The notes beneath the pieces were generated by a model. That model saw nothing but the letters and a program-made list of their open reading frames with translations. It did not search any database and was not told where the DNA came from. From the NCBI RefSeq assembly GCF_011045215.1, contig NZ_CP049201.1: 64,000 nt of DNA; one strand, 5' to 3'. This stretch comes from Escherichia coli. GTDB lineage: Bacteria; Pseudomonadota; Gammaproteobacteria; Enterobacterales; Enterobacteriaceae. Positions 53,105 through 64,000 of this stretch are shown piece by piece. The translations under genes and the position numbers were made by a program. The number at the start of each line of letters is the position of its first letter. The first letter of the stretch is position 1.

Positions 53105-54448
53105 TTACGCTACCATGCTAATAATCAGCACAATAATCAGCCCAACCACGGAGTTGACCAGCTCCAGCAGACCCCAGGTTTTCAACGTGTCTTTTACCGA
53201 CAGGTCAAAGTAACCTTTGAACAACCAGAAAGATGCATCGTTAATGTGGGTGAGGGTGTTGGAACCCGCAGCCGTCGCCAGCACCAGCAGCGCCGGATTC
53301 ACGCCAACCAGCTGACCGGTTGCTGGATCAAGGATTGCAGCACTGATAATCCCGGCGGCGGTCATCGCCGAAACGACACCCTGACCCGTCGCCAGACGAA
53401 TTAGCACAGTGATCAGCCATGCCATAATGTAGGGCGAGATATTGCCGTGGGACATCAACATGCCGATGGTGTCGCCAATGCCGGTGTCGATGATAGTTTG
53501 CTTCAGCACGCCACCCGCACCGATGATCAGAATCACCATTGCAATGCTTTTCACCGCACTTTCAAAAGCGTTCATCACCCACTGCATGTCATGACCACGT
53601 GCGGTGCCAAAGAGTACGAATGCAACCACCATCGCAATAAACATTGCAATCGGCGAGGAACCGATAAAGTTAACCACTTCCCAGGCAGGGGTATCTTTTA
53701 CCAGCCAGATATTGGCGATGGTGGTAGAGATCATAATGATCGCCGGGATCAGCGGCACCAGAATCGAAACGCCGAAAGAGGGCAGATTGTTCATATCTAC
53801 CGGTTGATCTGCTTTCAGGAATGATGGCGTTGGGCGCTCAAGATTGCCGAGGAACTTCGGCAGGATCAGACCTGCGCAGATTACACTTGGGATCGTCACC
53901 AGTACGCCATAGATATAAACCATCCCCATATCTGCGCCATAAGCATTCACCAGCGCCACCGGACCCGGCTGCGGTGGGAACAGTGAATGTGCGGTAGTGG
54001 CAGCTGCTACTGCCGGGATCGCCAGTTTCAGGAACGGAATTTTAGCTTCGGCGGCAATAACAATAACCAGCGGCGCTAACATGATAAAGGCCACTTCATA
54101 GAACATCGCCAGACCAAAAATCAGGCCGATGATAATCACTGACAGCTGTACATAGCGCAGACCGAGACGCGCCAGCAGCGTATGCGCTATCTGGTGAGCC
54201 GCGCCGGAGTCGACCATCAATTTACCGATGACCGCACCGAACACCACGATGATAGCCAGTTCCCCCAGCGTGTTGCCGAAGCCCGCTTTCATGGTGTGCA
54301 GCAGCGACATCAAATCCATGCCCGCCAGCATCCCGACGGACAGCGCCGCCACCAACAAAGCCACCATTGAATTGATTTTGAACTTCAAATTCAGTACCAG
54401 CATCAGACCAATGCCGAATACCACCCAGAGAATGTTAAGCACATGCAT
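53105..54448 (-). CDS. gntP: Fructuronate/gluconate transporter (GntP family)
   Basis: 447-aa polytopic membrane protein divergent from uxuA; matches E. coli GntP. Confidence 0.92.
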
Positions 54449-54787
54449 AACGTTTTACCTTACCTGGTTGAACCGTTGTTATTTTGGGCGACATGTTATG
54501 TAAATTGGTCAACCATTGTTGCGATGAATGTCACATCCTCTGATCAATAACCATCGATTACCCTTTGCTGCAATTTGCAGCAACAACCAGGAGAGTGAAA
54601 TTCTTGTGATGTGGTTAACCAATTTCAGAATTCGGGTTGACATGTCTTACCAAAAGGTAGAACTTATACGCCATCTCATCCGATGCAACGCCACGGCTGC
54701 GGTCTGGTTGTTCATCCGGATACCTAAACAACTCCAGGGTTCCGCGTCTCTTTGCTGTGGAACCCACTATGTGAAAGAGGAAAAATC

Positions 54788-55972
54788 ATGGAACAGACCT
54801 GGCGCTGGTACGGCCCAAACGATCCGGTTTCTTTAGCTGATGTCCGTCAGGCGGGCGCAACTGGCGTGGTTACCGCGCTGCACCATATCCCGAACGGCGA
54901 AGTATGGTCCGTAGAAGAGATCCTCAAACGCAAGGCGATCGTTGAAGACGCAGGCCTGGTGTGGTCTGTCGTAGAAAGCGTACCAATTCACGAAGATATC
55001 AAAACCCACACTGGCAACTATGAGCAGTGGATCGCTAACTATCAGCAGACTCTGCGCAACCTGGCGCAGTGCGGCATTCGCACCGTGTGCTACAACTTCA
55101 TGCCGGTGCTCGACTGGACCCGTACTGACCTCGAATACGTGCTGCCAGACGGCTCCAAAGCTCTGCGCTTCGACCAGATCGAATTCGCTGCATTCGAAAT
55201 GCATATCCTGAAACGTCCAGGCGCGGAAGCGGATTACACCGAAGAAGAAATTGCTCAGGCAGCTGAACGCTTCGCCACTATGAGCGATGAAGACAAAGCG
55301 CGTCTGACGCGTAACATCATTGCCGGTCTGCCGGGCGCGGAAGAAGGGTATACCCTCGACCAGTTCCGTAAGCACCTGGAGCTGTACAAAGATATCGATA
55401 AAGCGAAGCTGCGCGAAAACTTTGCCGTCTTCCTGAAAGCGATTATTCCAGTTGCTGAAGAAGTTGGCGTGCGTATGGCGGTTCACCCGGACGATCCGCC
55501 GCGCCCGATCCTCGGCCTGCCGCGCATTGTTTCCACCATTGAAGATATGCAGTGGATGGTTGATACCGTAAACAGCATGGCGAACGGTTTCACCATGTGC
55601 ACCGGTTCCTACGGCGTGCGTGCTGACAACGATCTGGTTGATATGATCAAGCAGTTCGGTCCGCGTATTTACTTCACCCATCTGCGCTCCACCATGCGTG
55701 AAGATAACCCGAAAACCTTCCACGAAGCGGCGCACCTGAACGGTGACGTTGATATGTACGAAGTGGTGAAAGCGATTGTTGAAGAAGAACACCGTCGTAA
55801 AGCGGAAGGCAAAGAAGACCTGATCCCGATGCGTCCGGACCACGGTCATCAGATGCTGGACGACCTGAAGAAGAAAACCAACCCAGGTTACTCCGCAATT
55901 GGTCGTCTGAAAGGCCTGGCCGAAGTTCGCGGTGTCGAACTGGCGATCCAGCGCGCTTTCTTTAGCCGTTAA
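54788..55972 (+). CDS. uxuA: Mannonate dehydratase
   Basis: 394 aa from [28 protein letters not shown]; matches E. coli UxuA. Confidence 0.95.
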
Positions 55973-56052
55973 TATCCACCGGCATGGCTGCGCGCCGTGC
56001 CGGTTCCTTCTTCCTTGCCGTCACTCTCTGAAGACGGATTCTGGAGTTTACG

Positions 56053-57513
56053 ATGACTACTATTGTTGACAGCAATCTGCCGGTTGCCCGCCCGTCATGG
56101 GATCATTCTCGTCTGGAATCACGCATTGTGCATCTCGGTTGCGGGGCGTTTCACCGCGCGCACCAGGCGCTGTATACCCATCATCTGCTGGAAAGCACCG
56201 ACAGCGACTGGGGCATCTGCGAAGTTAACCTGATGCCAGGCAACGACCGCGTGCTGATCGAAAACCTGAAAAAACAGCAACTGCTGTACACCGTAGCGGA
56301 AAAAGGCGCAGAAAGCACCGAGCTGAAAATTATCGGTTCGATGAAAGAAGCGCTGCATCCGGAAATCGACGGCTGCGAAGGTATTCTCAACGCGATGGCG
56401 CGTCCGCAAACGGCGATTGTCTCTCTAACGGTCACGGAAAAAGGCTACTGCGCTGATGCGGCAAGCGGTCAGCTGGATCTCAATAACCCGCTGATCAAGC
56501 ACGATCTGGAAAACCCGACTGCGCCGAAGTCCGCGATTGGTTACATCGTCGAAGCCTTGCGTCTGCGTCGTGAAAAAGGGCTGAAAGCGTTTACGGTGAT
56601 GTCCTGCGACAACGTGCGTGAAAACGGTCATGTGGCGAAGGTCGCGGTACTGGGGCTGGCTCAGGCGCGTGACCCGCAGCTAGCGGCATGGATTGAAGAG
56701 AACGTCACCTTCCCGTGCACCATGGTTGACCGCATCGTTCCGGCGGCGACGCCAGAAACCTTACAGGAAATTGCTGACCAGCTGGGTGTTTACGACCCGT
56801 GCGCCATTGCCTGCGAACCGTTCCGTCAGTGGGTGATTGAAGATAACTTCGTTAATGGTCGTCCGGACTGGGATAAAGTGGGCGCACAGTTCGTTGCAGA
56901 CGTTGTGCCGTTCGAAATGATGAAACTGCGTATGCTGAACGGCAGCCACTCTTTCCTGGCGTACCTCGGTTACCTCGGCGGCTATGAAACCATTGCTGAC
57001 ACCATGACTAACCCGGATTATCGCAAAGCGGCCTTTGCCCTGATGATGCAGGAACAAGCGCCAACGCTGTCGATGCCGGAAGGTACGGACCTGAACGCCT
57101 ATGCGACGCTGCTGATCGAGCGTTTCAGCAACCCGTCTCTGCGTCACCGTACCTGGCAGATTGCGATGGACGGCAGCCAGAAGTTACCGCAACGTCTGCT
57201 GGACCCGGTGCGTCTGCACCTGCAAAACGGCGGCAGCTGGCGTCACCTGGCGCTGGGCGTGGCTGGCTGGATGCGTTACACCCAGGGCGTGGATGAGCAG
57301 GGTAATGCCATTGACGTGGTCGACCCGATGCTGGCCGAGTTCCAGAAGATTAACGCGCAGTATCAGGGCGCAGACCGCGTGAAAGCGCTGCTGGGCCTGA
57401 GCGGTATTTTTGCCGATGATCTGCCGCAGAATGCCGACTTTGTTGGCGCGGTGACGGCGGCATATCAGCAGCTGTGCGAACGCGGTGCGCGCGAGTGTGT
57501 GGCTGCGCTGTAA
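56053..57513 (+). CDS. uxuB: D-mannonate oxidoreductase (fructuronate reductase)
   Basis: 486-aa ORF immediately downstream of uxuA; matches E. coli UxuB. Confidence 0.95.
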   Translation: MTTIVDSNLPVARPSWDHSRLESRIVHLGCGAFHRAHQALYTHHLLESTDSDWGICEVNLMPGNDRVLIENLKKQQLLYTVAEKGAESTELKIIGSMKEALHPEIDGCEGILNAMARPQTAIVSLTVTEKGYCADAASGQLDLNNPLIKHDLENPTAPKSAIGYIVEALRLRREKGLKAFTVMSCDNVRENGHVAKVAVLGLAQARDPQLAAWIEENVTFPCTMVDRIVPAATPETLQEIADQLGVYDPCAIACEPFRQWVIEDNFVNGRPDWDKVGAQFVADVVPFEMMKLRMLNGSHSFLAYLGYLGGYETIADTMTNPDYRKAAFALMMQEQAPTLSMPEGTDLNAYATLLIERFSNPSLRHRTWQIAMDGSQKLPQRLLDPVRLHLQNGGSWRHLALGVAGWMRYTQGVDEQGNAIDVVDPMLAEFQKINAQYQGADRVKALLGLSGIFADDLPQNADFVGAVTAAYQQLCERGARECVAAL

Positions 57514-57649
57514 CTAACTGATTACCCTACAGACTTACTGGTCAATCAAACTGATATTTGGTTGACCAGTTTTCGTTTTTTTGCCCACCTGTACGTGCCA
57601 ACTTCCAGTGCTAATGGTATAGTTTGAGATTAACGGGGGCCGTAAAATT

Positions 57650-57692
57650 GCCCGTTGTAGGCCGGATAAGGCGTTCACGCCGCATCCGGCAA
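57650..57692. repeat. REP element
   Basis: gcccgttgtaggccggataaggcgttcacgccgcatccggc. Confidence 0.7.
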
Positions 57693-57727
57693 AAATTTGA
57701 TTAACCGCACCTAACGGACACAACACC

Positions 57728-58501
57728 ATGAAATCTGCCACCTCTGCGCAAAGACCTTACCAGGAAGTCGGGGCGATGATCCGCGATCTGATCATAAAGA
57801 CGCCGTACAATCCTGGCGAACGGCTGCCGCCGGAGCGTGAAATTGCAGAAATGCTTGATGTCACGCGGACGGTGGTACGTGAAGCGCTGATCATGCTGGA
57901 GATCAAAGGGCTGGTGGAAGTGCGCCGGGGTGCCGGTATCTATGTTCTTGATAGCTCAGGCAGCCACAACACAGACAGTCCGGATGCCAACGTCTGCAAT
58001 GATGCGGGTCCTTTTGAGCTGTTACAGGCGCGTCAGTTACTGGAAAGTAACATCGCCGAGTTTGCCGCCCTGCAGGCTACCCGCGAAGATATCGTCAAAA
58101 TGCGTCAGGCATTGCAACTGGAAGAGCGTGAACTGGCTTCCAGTGCGCCGGGCAGCAGCGAAAGCGGTGACATGCAGTTCCATCTCGCTATTGCCGAAGC
58201 AACGCATAACAGCATGCTGGTGGAGCTGTTCCGTCAGTCCTGGCAGTGGCGGGAAAACAACCCAATGTGGATCCAGTTGCACAGCCATCTGGATGACAGC
58301 CTGTATCGCAAAGAGTGGTTGGGCGATCACAAACAGATCCTCGCCGCGTTAATCAAAAAAGATGCCCGAGCGGCGAAGCTGGCAATGTGGCAGCATCTGG
58401 AAAACGTTAAGCAACGTCTGCTGGAATTCTCGAACGTTGACGATATTTATTTTGACGGCTATCTGTTTGATTCATGGCCGCTGGATAAAGTCGACGCCTG
58501 A
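57728..58501 (+). CDS. uxuR: GntR-family transcriptional repressor UxuR
   Basis: 257 aa; N-terminal GntR-type HTH and FadR-like C-terminal domain; matches E. coli UxuR. Confidence 0.95.
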   Translation: MKSATSAQRPYQEVGAMIRDLIIKTPYNPGERLPPEREIAEMLDVTRTVVREALIMLEIKGLVEVRRGAGIYVLDSSGSHNTDSPDANVCNDAGPFELLQARQLLESNIAEFAALQATREDIVKMRQALQLEERELASSAPGSSESGDMQFHLAIAEATHNSMLVELFRQSWQWRENNPMWIQLHSHLDDSLYRKEWLGDHKQILAALIKKDARAAKLAMWQHLENVKQRLLEFSNVDDIYFDGYLFDSWPLDKVDA

Positions 58502-58512
58502 CTTATTATAAT

Positions 58513-58545
58513 AAGCGCAAGGGTAAACGTTCCTTGCGCTTTCTT
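58513..58545. terminator. Putative bidirectional terminator between uxuR and yjiC
   Basis: Stem aagcgcaagg/ccttgcgctt with a 9-nt loop, followed by tcttaaatt. Confidence 0.6.
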
Positions 58546-58641
58546 AAATTAAGAAGTCGCAATGAGTATTACTTTGTAAATTGCAGGGTATTGTTTAAAT
58601 ATCTGTATAACCTGAATATTAGTACTCATTCTTCTCAGTGG

Positions 58642-59472
58642 CTATTTACCAATATAATTCCATTCACCATTTTTTAATTCAAACAGTTCTGGAAGAGATG
58701 ACGGTTGCAGAGTCATGCGTTTGAGTGGCGCATCTTCATCACCGGGGATAACTTTATATCCCATTTTTGCATGGATCTCCGCGGTACCAGGATAGGCTTC
58801 TATACCAATGATTGGGTCATTTCCCATCTCAATATTAGCATTAAGTAATGCGGCAAGGGCGAATCCGGAAGAATTTGCTACCCCTGAGACAGTTATTATC
58901 TGATCAATATAGATATCAATTCTTGGCTGCTCATTGGTCCATCTTTTTGCCTGAGAAACTGGAAGGGTTGAAATATATCCTATCGTGGTTCCGGCGTAAC
59001 CTGGAACATTGCAACCAGGGCCTAATGTTATTTCATGAACTGTATAGTCCTCAACAGGATCGAAAGGGCTCTTCATAAATAAATTTAGCCGTAAACCTTC
59101 TGCTAATTCTGTAGCAGCATGCGCCTTTTTACATATGCCACCATATATTTCGTCTAAAGCTGAGGTGATTTTCAAGTTTCGATAGAGCATACGTCCTGTT
59201 GTTGTAATACCATCGGATTCTCTGCATGCTTCTGTCACATAATTAAATGGCCAGGACTCTTTACTAATATCAAGTTTTCTAATTTCGACAACGCTTTTTC
59301 CATCGTAATTATGGTTATTGCCACGAGCAAGAGGCAGAAGATAGATATTTTCCGTATCCAGGCGTGCACGTTCATATTTACGTGTTAACTCACTGTCGAC
59401 TTTTGGATGATGAAGGAAGTGATTATCTGTAATAATTTGGCTCTGAAGGGTATTGCTTAATGGCATAGACAT
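58642..59472 (-). CDS. yjiC: Uncharacterised protein YjiC
   Basis: 276-aa ORF; position and length match K-12 YjiC. Confidence 0.8.
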   Translation of the reverse strand: MSMPLSNTLQSQIITDNHFLHHPKVDSELTRKYERARLDTENIYLLPLARGNNHNYDGKSVVEIRKLDISKESWPFNYVTEACRESDGITTTGRMLYRNLKITSALDEIYGGICKKAHAATELAEGLRLNLFMKSPFDPVEDYTVHEITLGPGCNVPGYAGTTIGYISTLPVSQAKRWTNEQPRIDIYIDQIITVSGVANSSGFALAALLNANIEMGNDPIIGIEAYPGTAEIHAKMGYKVIPGDEDAPLKRMTLQPSSLPELFELKNGEWNYIGK

Positions 59473-60144
59473 AATAGTTACCTTTTATGAGTATTTCACT
59501 GATGTTTAGAAAAATAGATAAATTTTTCTGTAGTAAAATGAGAAGTAAACAAATGACATGCATGTTTCTGTTGTAGTGATATCAACTCTACACGGTGATA
59601 TTAAAGGGTAGGAAACACTCTAAAGTATCAAAAAACGCTCATTTGAAATTATTTCCATGCAATTAAAAAGCATATCTTATTACTAATTGGAATTTGATGT
59701 TGCTATATTGGTGTCTATATTAATAATGCCTGTGAATGGTATTTTTGATGTATTTGATATGTTATCAATTTATATTATTTACAAACTAATTGTTTCAAAT
59801 AATACATGGCTGATTATGCGGAAATAAATAATTTCCCACCGGAATTAAGTAGCGGCGGTGACAAGTATTTTCATCTACGTAACTATTCGGAATATTCAGA
59901 ATATGCTAGCGGTTTTTTTTTGAGTTTGATGATTTTTATCAAATCATGACTTTTTTCCTGAAAAGTCAGTAGATATTCATAGGCAAGTAAGGTTTTATAC
60001 TTTGCTGACAGGATTCAGGCCTGTCTCAGACTGACATGGATGTAATGAACAAAAGGGAATGGCTATGGAAAATGAGCATCAATACAGTGGTGCCCGGTGT
60101 TCAGGGCAAGCCGCATATGTTGCTAAACGTCAGGAGTGCGCAAA

Positions 60145-60537
60145 ATGATGCGCCAATCACTTCAGGCTGTTTTACCTGAAATTTCAGGCAATAAAACGTC
60201 ATTGCTGCGTAAATCGGTATGCAGCGATCTCCTCACTCTTTTTAATTCTCCTCATTCGGCATTACCGTCATTACTTGTTTCAGGCATGCCCGAGTGGCAA
60301 GTGCATAACCCGAGCGACAAACATCTCCAGAGCTGGTATTGCCGTCAGCTGCGTTCTGCACTGTTATTTCATGAGCCACGGATTGCGGCGTTGCAGGTTA
60401 ATTTGAAAGAAGCGTACTGCCACACTCTGGCGATCAGCCTTGAGATAATGCTGTACCACGACGATGAACCGCTAACGTTTGATCTGGTCTGGGATAATGG
60501 CGGTTGGCGCAGTGCGACGCTTGAGAATGTCAGCTAA
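60145..60537 (+). CDS. iraD: Anti-adaptor protein IraD (stabilises sigma S)
   Basis: 130 aa from [17 protein letters not shown]; matches E. coli IraD/YjiD. Confidence 0.88.
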   Translation: MMRQSLQAVLPEISGNKTSLLRKSVCSDLLTLFNSPHSALPSLLVSGMPEWQVHNPSDKHLQSWYCRQLRSALLFHEPRIAALQVNLKEAYCHTLAISLEIMLYHDDEPLTFDLVWDNGGWRSATLENVS

Positions 60538-61441
60538 GCACAATCTCCAGCTCGCGCAGTTCACGCCAGAAGCGTTCGGCAACTGGATTCATGCGGGTAT
60601 TCATCCGGTATGCGTAGGCCTGAATCGGGATCACCAGTTCGTCCCGATTCAGCACAACGAGCTGCCCGCTGCGAATTTCTTGTTGGATGGCATACTCCGG
60701 CAGCCAGGCAATCCCACAGCCGTCGAGGGCAACCTGCTTTAAAAGCTCGCTCATCGAAGAGACAAAAAAGGTGCTGAAACTTAACTCACTGTGGCGCGTC
60801 AGGGTGCGATTAATCAATCGCCCCATGTAGGAGTTGCGGCTGTAATTCAGTAACGGAAAGTGTGGCTGCGCGAGGTTAAAAAGTGCTTCTCCGTGTTCGT
60901 CACTGGCGCAGACAGGGAACAATTGAGATTCAAATAAGCGAATGTGGTCAAACGGCGCTTCCAGCAAATCTTCGTCGTGAAAGGAAAAAATACAGTCACT
61001 TTGCCCTTCACGCAGTTTATCGACCGCTTCATCGACATCAATGGCTTCAATTGCCCAGGTAAAGAGCGGCGGCATCTGGCTGATAATGGACGGTAACAGA
61101 CCGAGGGAAAGAGAGTGTGCAGCGGCTATCTTGATTTTACGTTGCGCGTAATCGCTGCCGCCACGCAGCTCTGCAAGGTTACTTTCTAACTGTTGCAACA
61201 GATGGCGGATCTGCGAATGGAAGATTTTCCCTTGTTCTGAGAGTTGCAGCGGCGTCACCTGGCGGTTAAACAATTCAACGCCAATCGCCTGTTCCAGCGC
61301 GCGGATGCGGCGGCTGAATGCCGGTTGCGAGACGTTACGACTGACTGCCGCCTGGGAAAAATTGCGGCATTTTTCCAGGGTCAGAAAATCATAAAGCCAT
61401 TTGGTTTCAATATTATGCAAAACCGCACCACAGTCATCCAT
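60530..61441 (-). CDS. hypT: LysR-family hypochlorite-responsive regulator HypT
   Basis: 303 aa; N-terminal LysR HTH ([29 protein letters not shown]); matches E. coli YjiE/HypT. Confidence 0.9.
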   Translation of the reverse strand: MDDCGAVLHNIETKWLYDFLTLEKCRNFSQAAVSRNVSQPAFSRRIRALEQAIGVELFNRQVTPLQLSEQGKIFHSQIRHLLQQLESNLAELRGGSDYAQRKIKIAAAHSLSLGLLPSIISQMPPLFTWAIEAIDVDEAVDKLREGQSDCIFSFHDEDLLEAPFDHIRLFESQLFPVCASDEHGEALFNLAQPHFPLLNYSRNSYMGRLINRTLTRHSELSFSTFFVSSMSELLKQVALDGCGIAWLPEYAIQQEIRSGQLVVLNRDELVIPIQAYAYRMNTRMNPVAERFWRELRELEIVLS

Positions 61442-61505
61442 TACGTTTTACTCTGTCAGCCGCCCTTGCGGGCATTCTACGTCCATTAGGGCGGCTGACA
61501 ACCGT

Positions 61506-62678
61506 TTAAGCCGTTTCAAACGTTCCTTTCACGCAGGCTTTGCCGTCTTTGACCATCAGTTTGCCGCGAGCGTATACCTGCTCAATGCGCAATTCTGGCG
61601 TCATGACCAGTAAGTCTGCGTCATTGCCTGGCAGAATTTCGCCTTTCCCGCTCAGGTTAAGGAAACCGGCTACGCTACTGGTGAGCGGGCGCAGGGCATC
61701 GCTGATACTGAAATCATAGTCTTTAACCAGCACCTGCACGGTTTCCAGCAACGTTTCAAAACCTACAACGCCGATATGGGTTAAATTCCCTTCATCATCG
61801 AAGAACGGCTGGCTACCGTTGCCGTCGGAGCTGAGGGTGACGCGTGCCAGCGGAATACCCGCCTGAACGGCGCGGGCAATACCTTCGGCAGGGGCGACCG
61901 GTTCGTCAATGCTGCTGGTGATATCGATGGTGCCGCCTTTGCGCGCGAACTCCAGCGCCTGCTCAAACAACGGTACGTTGCGGTTAACGTGGGTCGGCAG
62001 CAGCTTGCTGATCGGCACATCGCAGTTTTCCAGCAGGTCATAAATAGGCTGTAACGCCTTTTTACTGTCGCCCATGTGGAATACGGTGACGCCAGGTTTA
62101 CCGCCGAGCAAACCGCCAACGCGGGATTCTGCCGCCATATTAGCCAGGTGATAAACGTCCGGTGCGGCAGAACGGTGATCAGAGATGGCGCATTTCACAC
62201 CAATCACACGATCGATAATCGCCACGTCTTTTTCCACGGAACCCGTAATAGTGCGGGAAGGGACATGATAAGCGCCGGTCAGCATCCAGGCGCTGATGCC
62301 TTCTTCATTGAGCGCACGGGTCTTGGCGAGCAGGGATTCCGGGTGGCGAGAGATAGAGTCGGTGCCCAGCAGACCAACCACTGACGTGACGCCCGCTTCC
62401 GTCAGGCGACTTAGCGCCACTTCCGGCGTGCGCGTCGTGGGACCTGCTTCGCCGCCACCGCCAATCAAATGGACGTGTTGATCAATAAAACCTGGGCAGA
62501 GGATCTGCCCGCTGAGATCGACAACCGTGCAGTCCGGTACAATGTCAGAAGGGATATTGCTGGCAACGGCGATAATTTTGCCGTTAGCGACGAGGACATC
62601 GCAAATTCCCCGATCTTCCGGCGCATACAAATGCGCTCCCTGCAGCAGGGTAAAACCGGCTGCGGTATAATCAATCAT
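61506..62678 (-). CDS. iadA: Isoaspartyl dipeptidase
   Basis: 390-aa amidohydrolase-fold protein with metal-binding His residues (DQHVHLIGGGGE); matches E. coli IadA. Confidence 0.93.
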   Translation of the reverse strand: MIDYTAAGFTLLQGAHLYAPEDRGICDVLVANGKIIAVASNIPSDIVPDCTVVDLSGQILCPGFIDQHVHLIGGGGEAGPTTRTPEVALSRLTEAGVTSVVGLLGTDSISRHPESLLAKTRALNEEGISAWMLTGAYHVPSRTITGSVEKDVAIIDRVIGVKCAISDHRSAAPDVYHLANMAAESRVGGLLGGKPGVTVFHMGDSKKALQPIYDLLENCDVPISKLLPTHVNRNVPLFEQALEFARKGGTIDITSSIDEPVAPAEGIARAVQAGIPLARVTLSSDGNGSQPFFDDEGNLTHIGVVGFETLLETVQVLVKDYDFSISDALRPLTSSVAGFLNLSGKGEILPGNDADLLVMTPELRIEQVYARGKLMVKDGKACVKGTFETA

Positions 62679-62690
62679 GGTAACTCCTTG

Positions 62691-63152
62691 TTAAACAATA
62701 AGCTGCATAACCCAGATCGACAGCAATGCGTTAATCACGCAGACCGTAATGATATGCGGGTAATATTTGGCATTCACTTCGGCTGTCCCCAGGCAGCGAC
62801 CGACATTTTGCACCGGGTTGCCCATTAAATACATCGCGGGCAGTAAAACGGTGACATCGTGACCGGTTAATGCGCCAGCGGTTGCCAGACTGGCGGCAAC
62901 ACCGACTGCGCCACCCATACTCATTAATGCGGCTAAAAGGACGGTTGCCGCTTCACCGGGTAATCCCCACAGCGCCATTACGGGTTCACAGATATGCCCC
63001 ACCCAGTCGAGCAGGCCGGTAATTTTCAGCGCCTGAATGATGACAAACGCCATCACCACGTTTGGCAGCAGGTTGGTCGTGGCGATAGTAAAGCCACGGC
63101 GCGCGCCATCGATAAACATATCCATGACGTTTTTGCGGACCTGAGTTGTCAT
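62691..63152 (-). CDS. yjiG: Inner membrane protein YjiG
   Basis: 153-aa hydrophobic ORF; matches K-12 YjiG. Confidence 0.88.
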   Translation of the reverse strand: MTTQVRKNVMDMFIDGARRGFTIATTNLLPNVVMAFVIIQALKITGLLDWVGHICEPVMALWGLPGEAATVLLAALMSMGGAVGVAASLATAGALTGHDVTVLLPAMYLMGNPVQNVGRCLGTAEVNAKYYPHIITVCVINALLSIWVMQLIV

Positions 63153-63832
63153 GCTTGCGCTCCTTGCGTTGGGTTGCGACGTTCTTCGAAGTTAAGCCAG
63201 ACGCGCAAAATGTTGGCTCCGACAAATTTAAACACCAGGATGACGGCTAAAGGTACGATTACGGACGTGCCCAGAAAGGCGAACACCGCGACGCCGGAAG
63301 AGAAGTAGTTGGTGATGATGGCGCTACCGCTGGTTTGATATGCGGCGAAAATCACTTTATCGCGTTCGGTAATTTCACCTTCCTGCGCCAGCTCTTTGGT
63401 CATACCGGCGGCGGCATCCGTGTTTTGCAAGTTAGCGATCAGCGCCAGCGAGCAGATCCCTGGAATGCCCAACAACGGTTTTAGCACAGGTGTCATTAAC
63501 TGCTGCGCGGCGCGTAATCCACCAAGACCATCGGTAATTGAAATAATCCCCAGAGAGAGAATGACTGACGGTGCCAGCTCCAGCGCAAAGAGAAAGCCAT
63601 CTTTAGCCCCCGCGCCGCCCGCCCCGCGAAATGAGGTGGTGGCTCCATTCGCACCAGGCAACTGCCCAAACGATCCGTTCAGCACGGAAAAATCAAAAAC
63701 GCGCCACCAGCTGTCTGTCCCGGAAAAAACACCGGAAAAAAAGATTATGGTGAGAAAAAAAGCCAGATACCCTTTAATGCCCACTTTTTCTGTCGCCAGC
63801 TCCCCGGCTACAGCATCCCCTTGTTGTGTCAT
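63149..63832 (-). CDS. yjiH: Inner membrane protein YjiH
   Basis: 227 aa from the internal Met MTQQGDAVAG; overlaps yjiG by 4 nt; matches K-12 YjiH. Confidence 0.85.
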   Translation of the reverse strand: MTQQGDAVAGELATEKVGIKGYLAFFLTIIFFSGVFSGTDSWWRVFDFSVLNGSFGQLPGANGATTSFRGAGGAGAKDGFLFALELAPSVILSLGIISITDGLGGLRAAQQLMTPVLKPLLGIPGICSLALIANLQNTDAAAGMTKELAQEGEITERDKVIFAAYQTSGSAIITNYFSSGVAVFAFLGTSVIVPLAVILVFKFVGANILRVWLNFEERRNPTQGAQA

Positions 63833-64000
63833 AACAATCCCCATTGTTTTTTTGTGTTTGTGTGTTGCTTGAGCCAGGAAAATTCCTGGAGCTGAAAAAC
63901 CTTATCAGCCATGTGGGTATGGGGAAAATGCAAGTATGTTTCTGGCTATGCGTTTTTTGCATAGCGGAAACATTACGCTGTGTGGAAAAGGTTCTACGCA

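Noticed and set aside
53447-53824. 125-aa His-rich plus-strand ORF and neighbouring ORFs at 53084-54503
   Set aside because: Antisense to gntP
54833-55849. 338-aa minus-strand ORF
   Set aside because: Antisense to uxuA, which is clearly the real gene
58565-58576. tttgtaaattgc motif shared between the island (18625, 18821) and the uxuR-yjiC intergenic region
   Set aside because: A short AT-rich 12-mer; the recurrence is most likely chance and gives no evidence of a shared recombination site

Overview
This window is an Escherichia coli chromosomal segment running rraB-yjgM-yjgN-valS-holC-pepA-lptF-lptG-yjgR-ahr-leuX, then horizontally acquired DNA, then nanSMC-fimBEAICDFGH-gntP-uxuAB-uxuR-yjiC-iraD-hypT-iadA-yjiGH. 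Gene identifications rest on reading the supplied ORF translations against remembered E. coli K-12 proteins and gene order; no database search was run. The main accessory feature is an AT-rich island of about 21.5 kb (13268-34822) inserted at the 3' end of tRNA-Leu(CAA) leuX and closed by a 22/23-nt direct repeat of the tRNA 3' end. The island carries a P4-family integrase, a cytosine-5 methyltransferase with an overlapping candidate restriction endonuclease, an AlpA-like regulator, three tandem tyrosine-recombinase genes, a MobC/relaxase pair, and two candidate anti-phage modules. The first is a retron-like reverse transcriptase with a phosphoribosyltransferase-HTH partner and a structured intergenic region. 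The second is a DUF262-like protein translationally coupled to an ABC-type ATPase, followed by three unknown or ankyrin genes. Between the island and nanS lie two further AT-rich hypothetical genes and a divergent pair of HNH nucleases. The fim switch is present with both 9-bp inverted repeats and appears to be in the phase-OFF orientation. The idn operon that separates yjgR and ahr in K-12 is absent.
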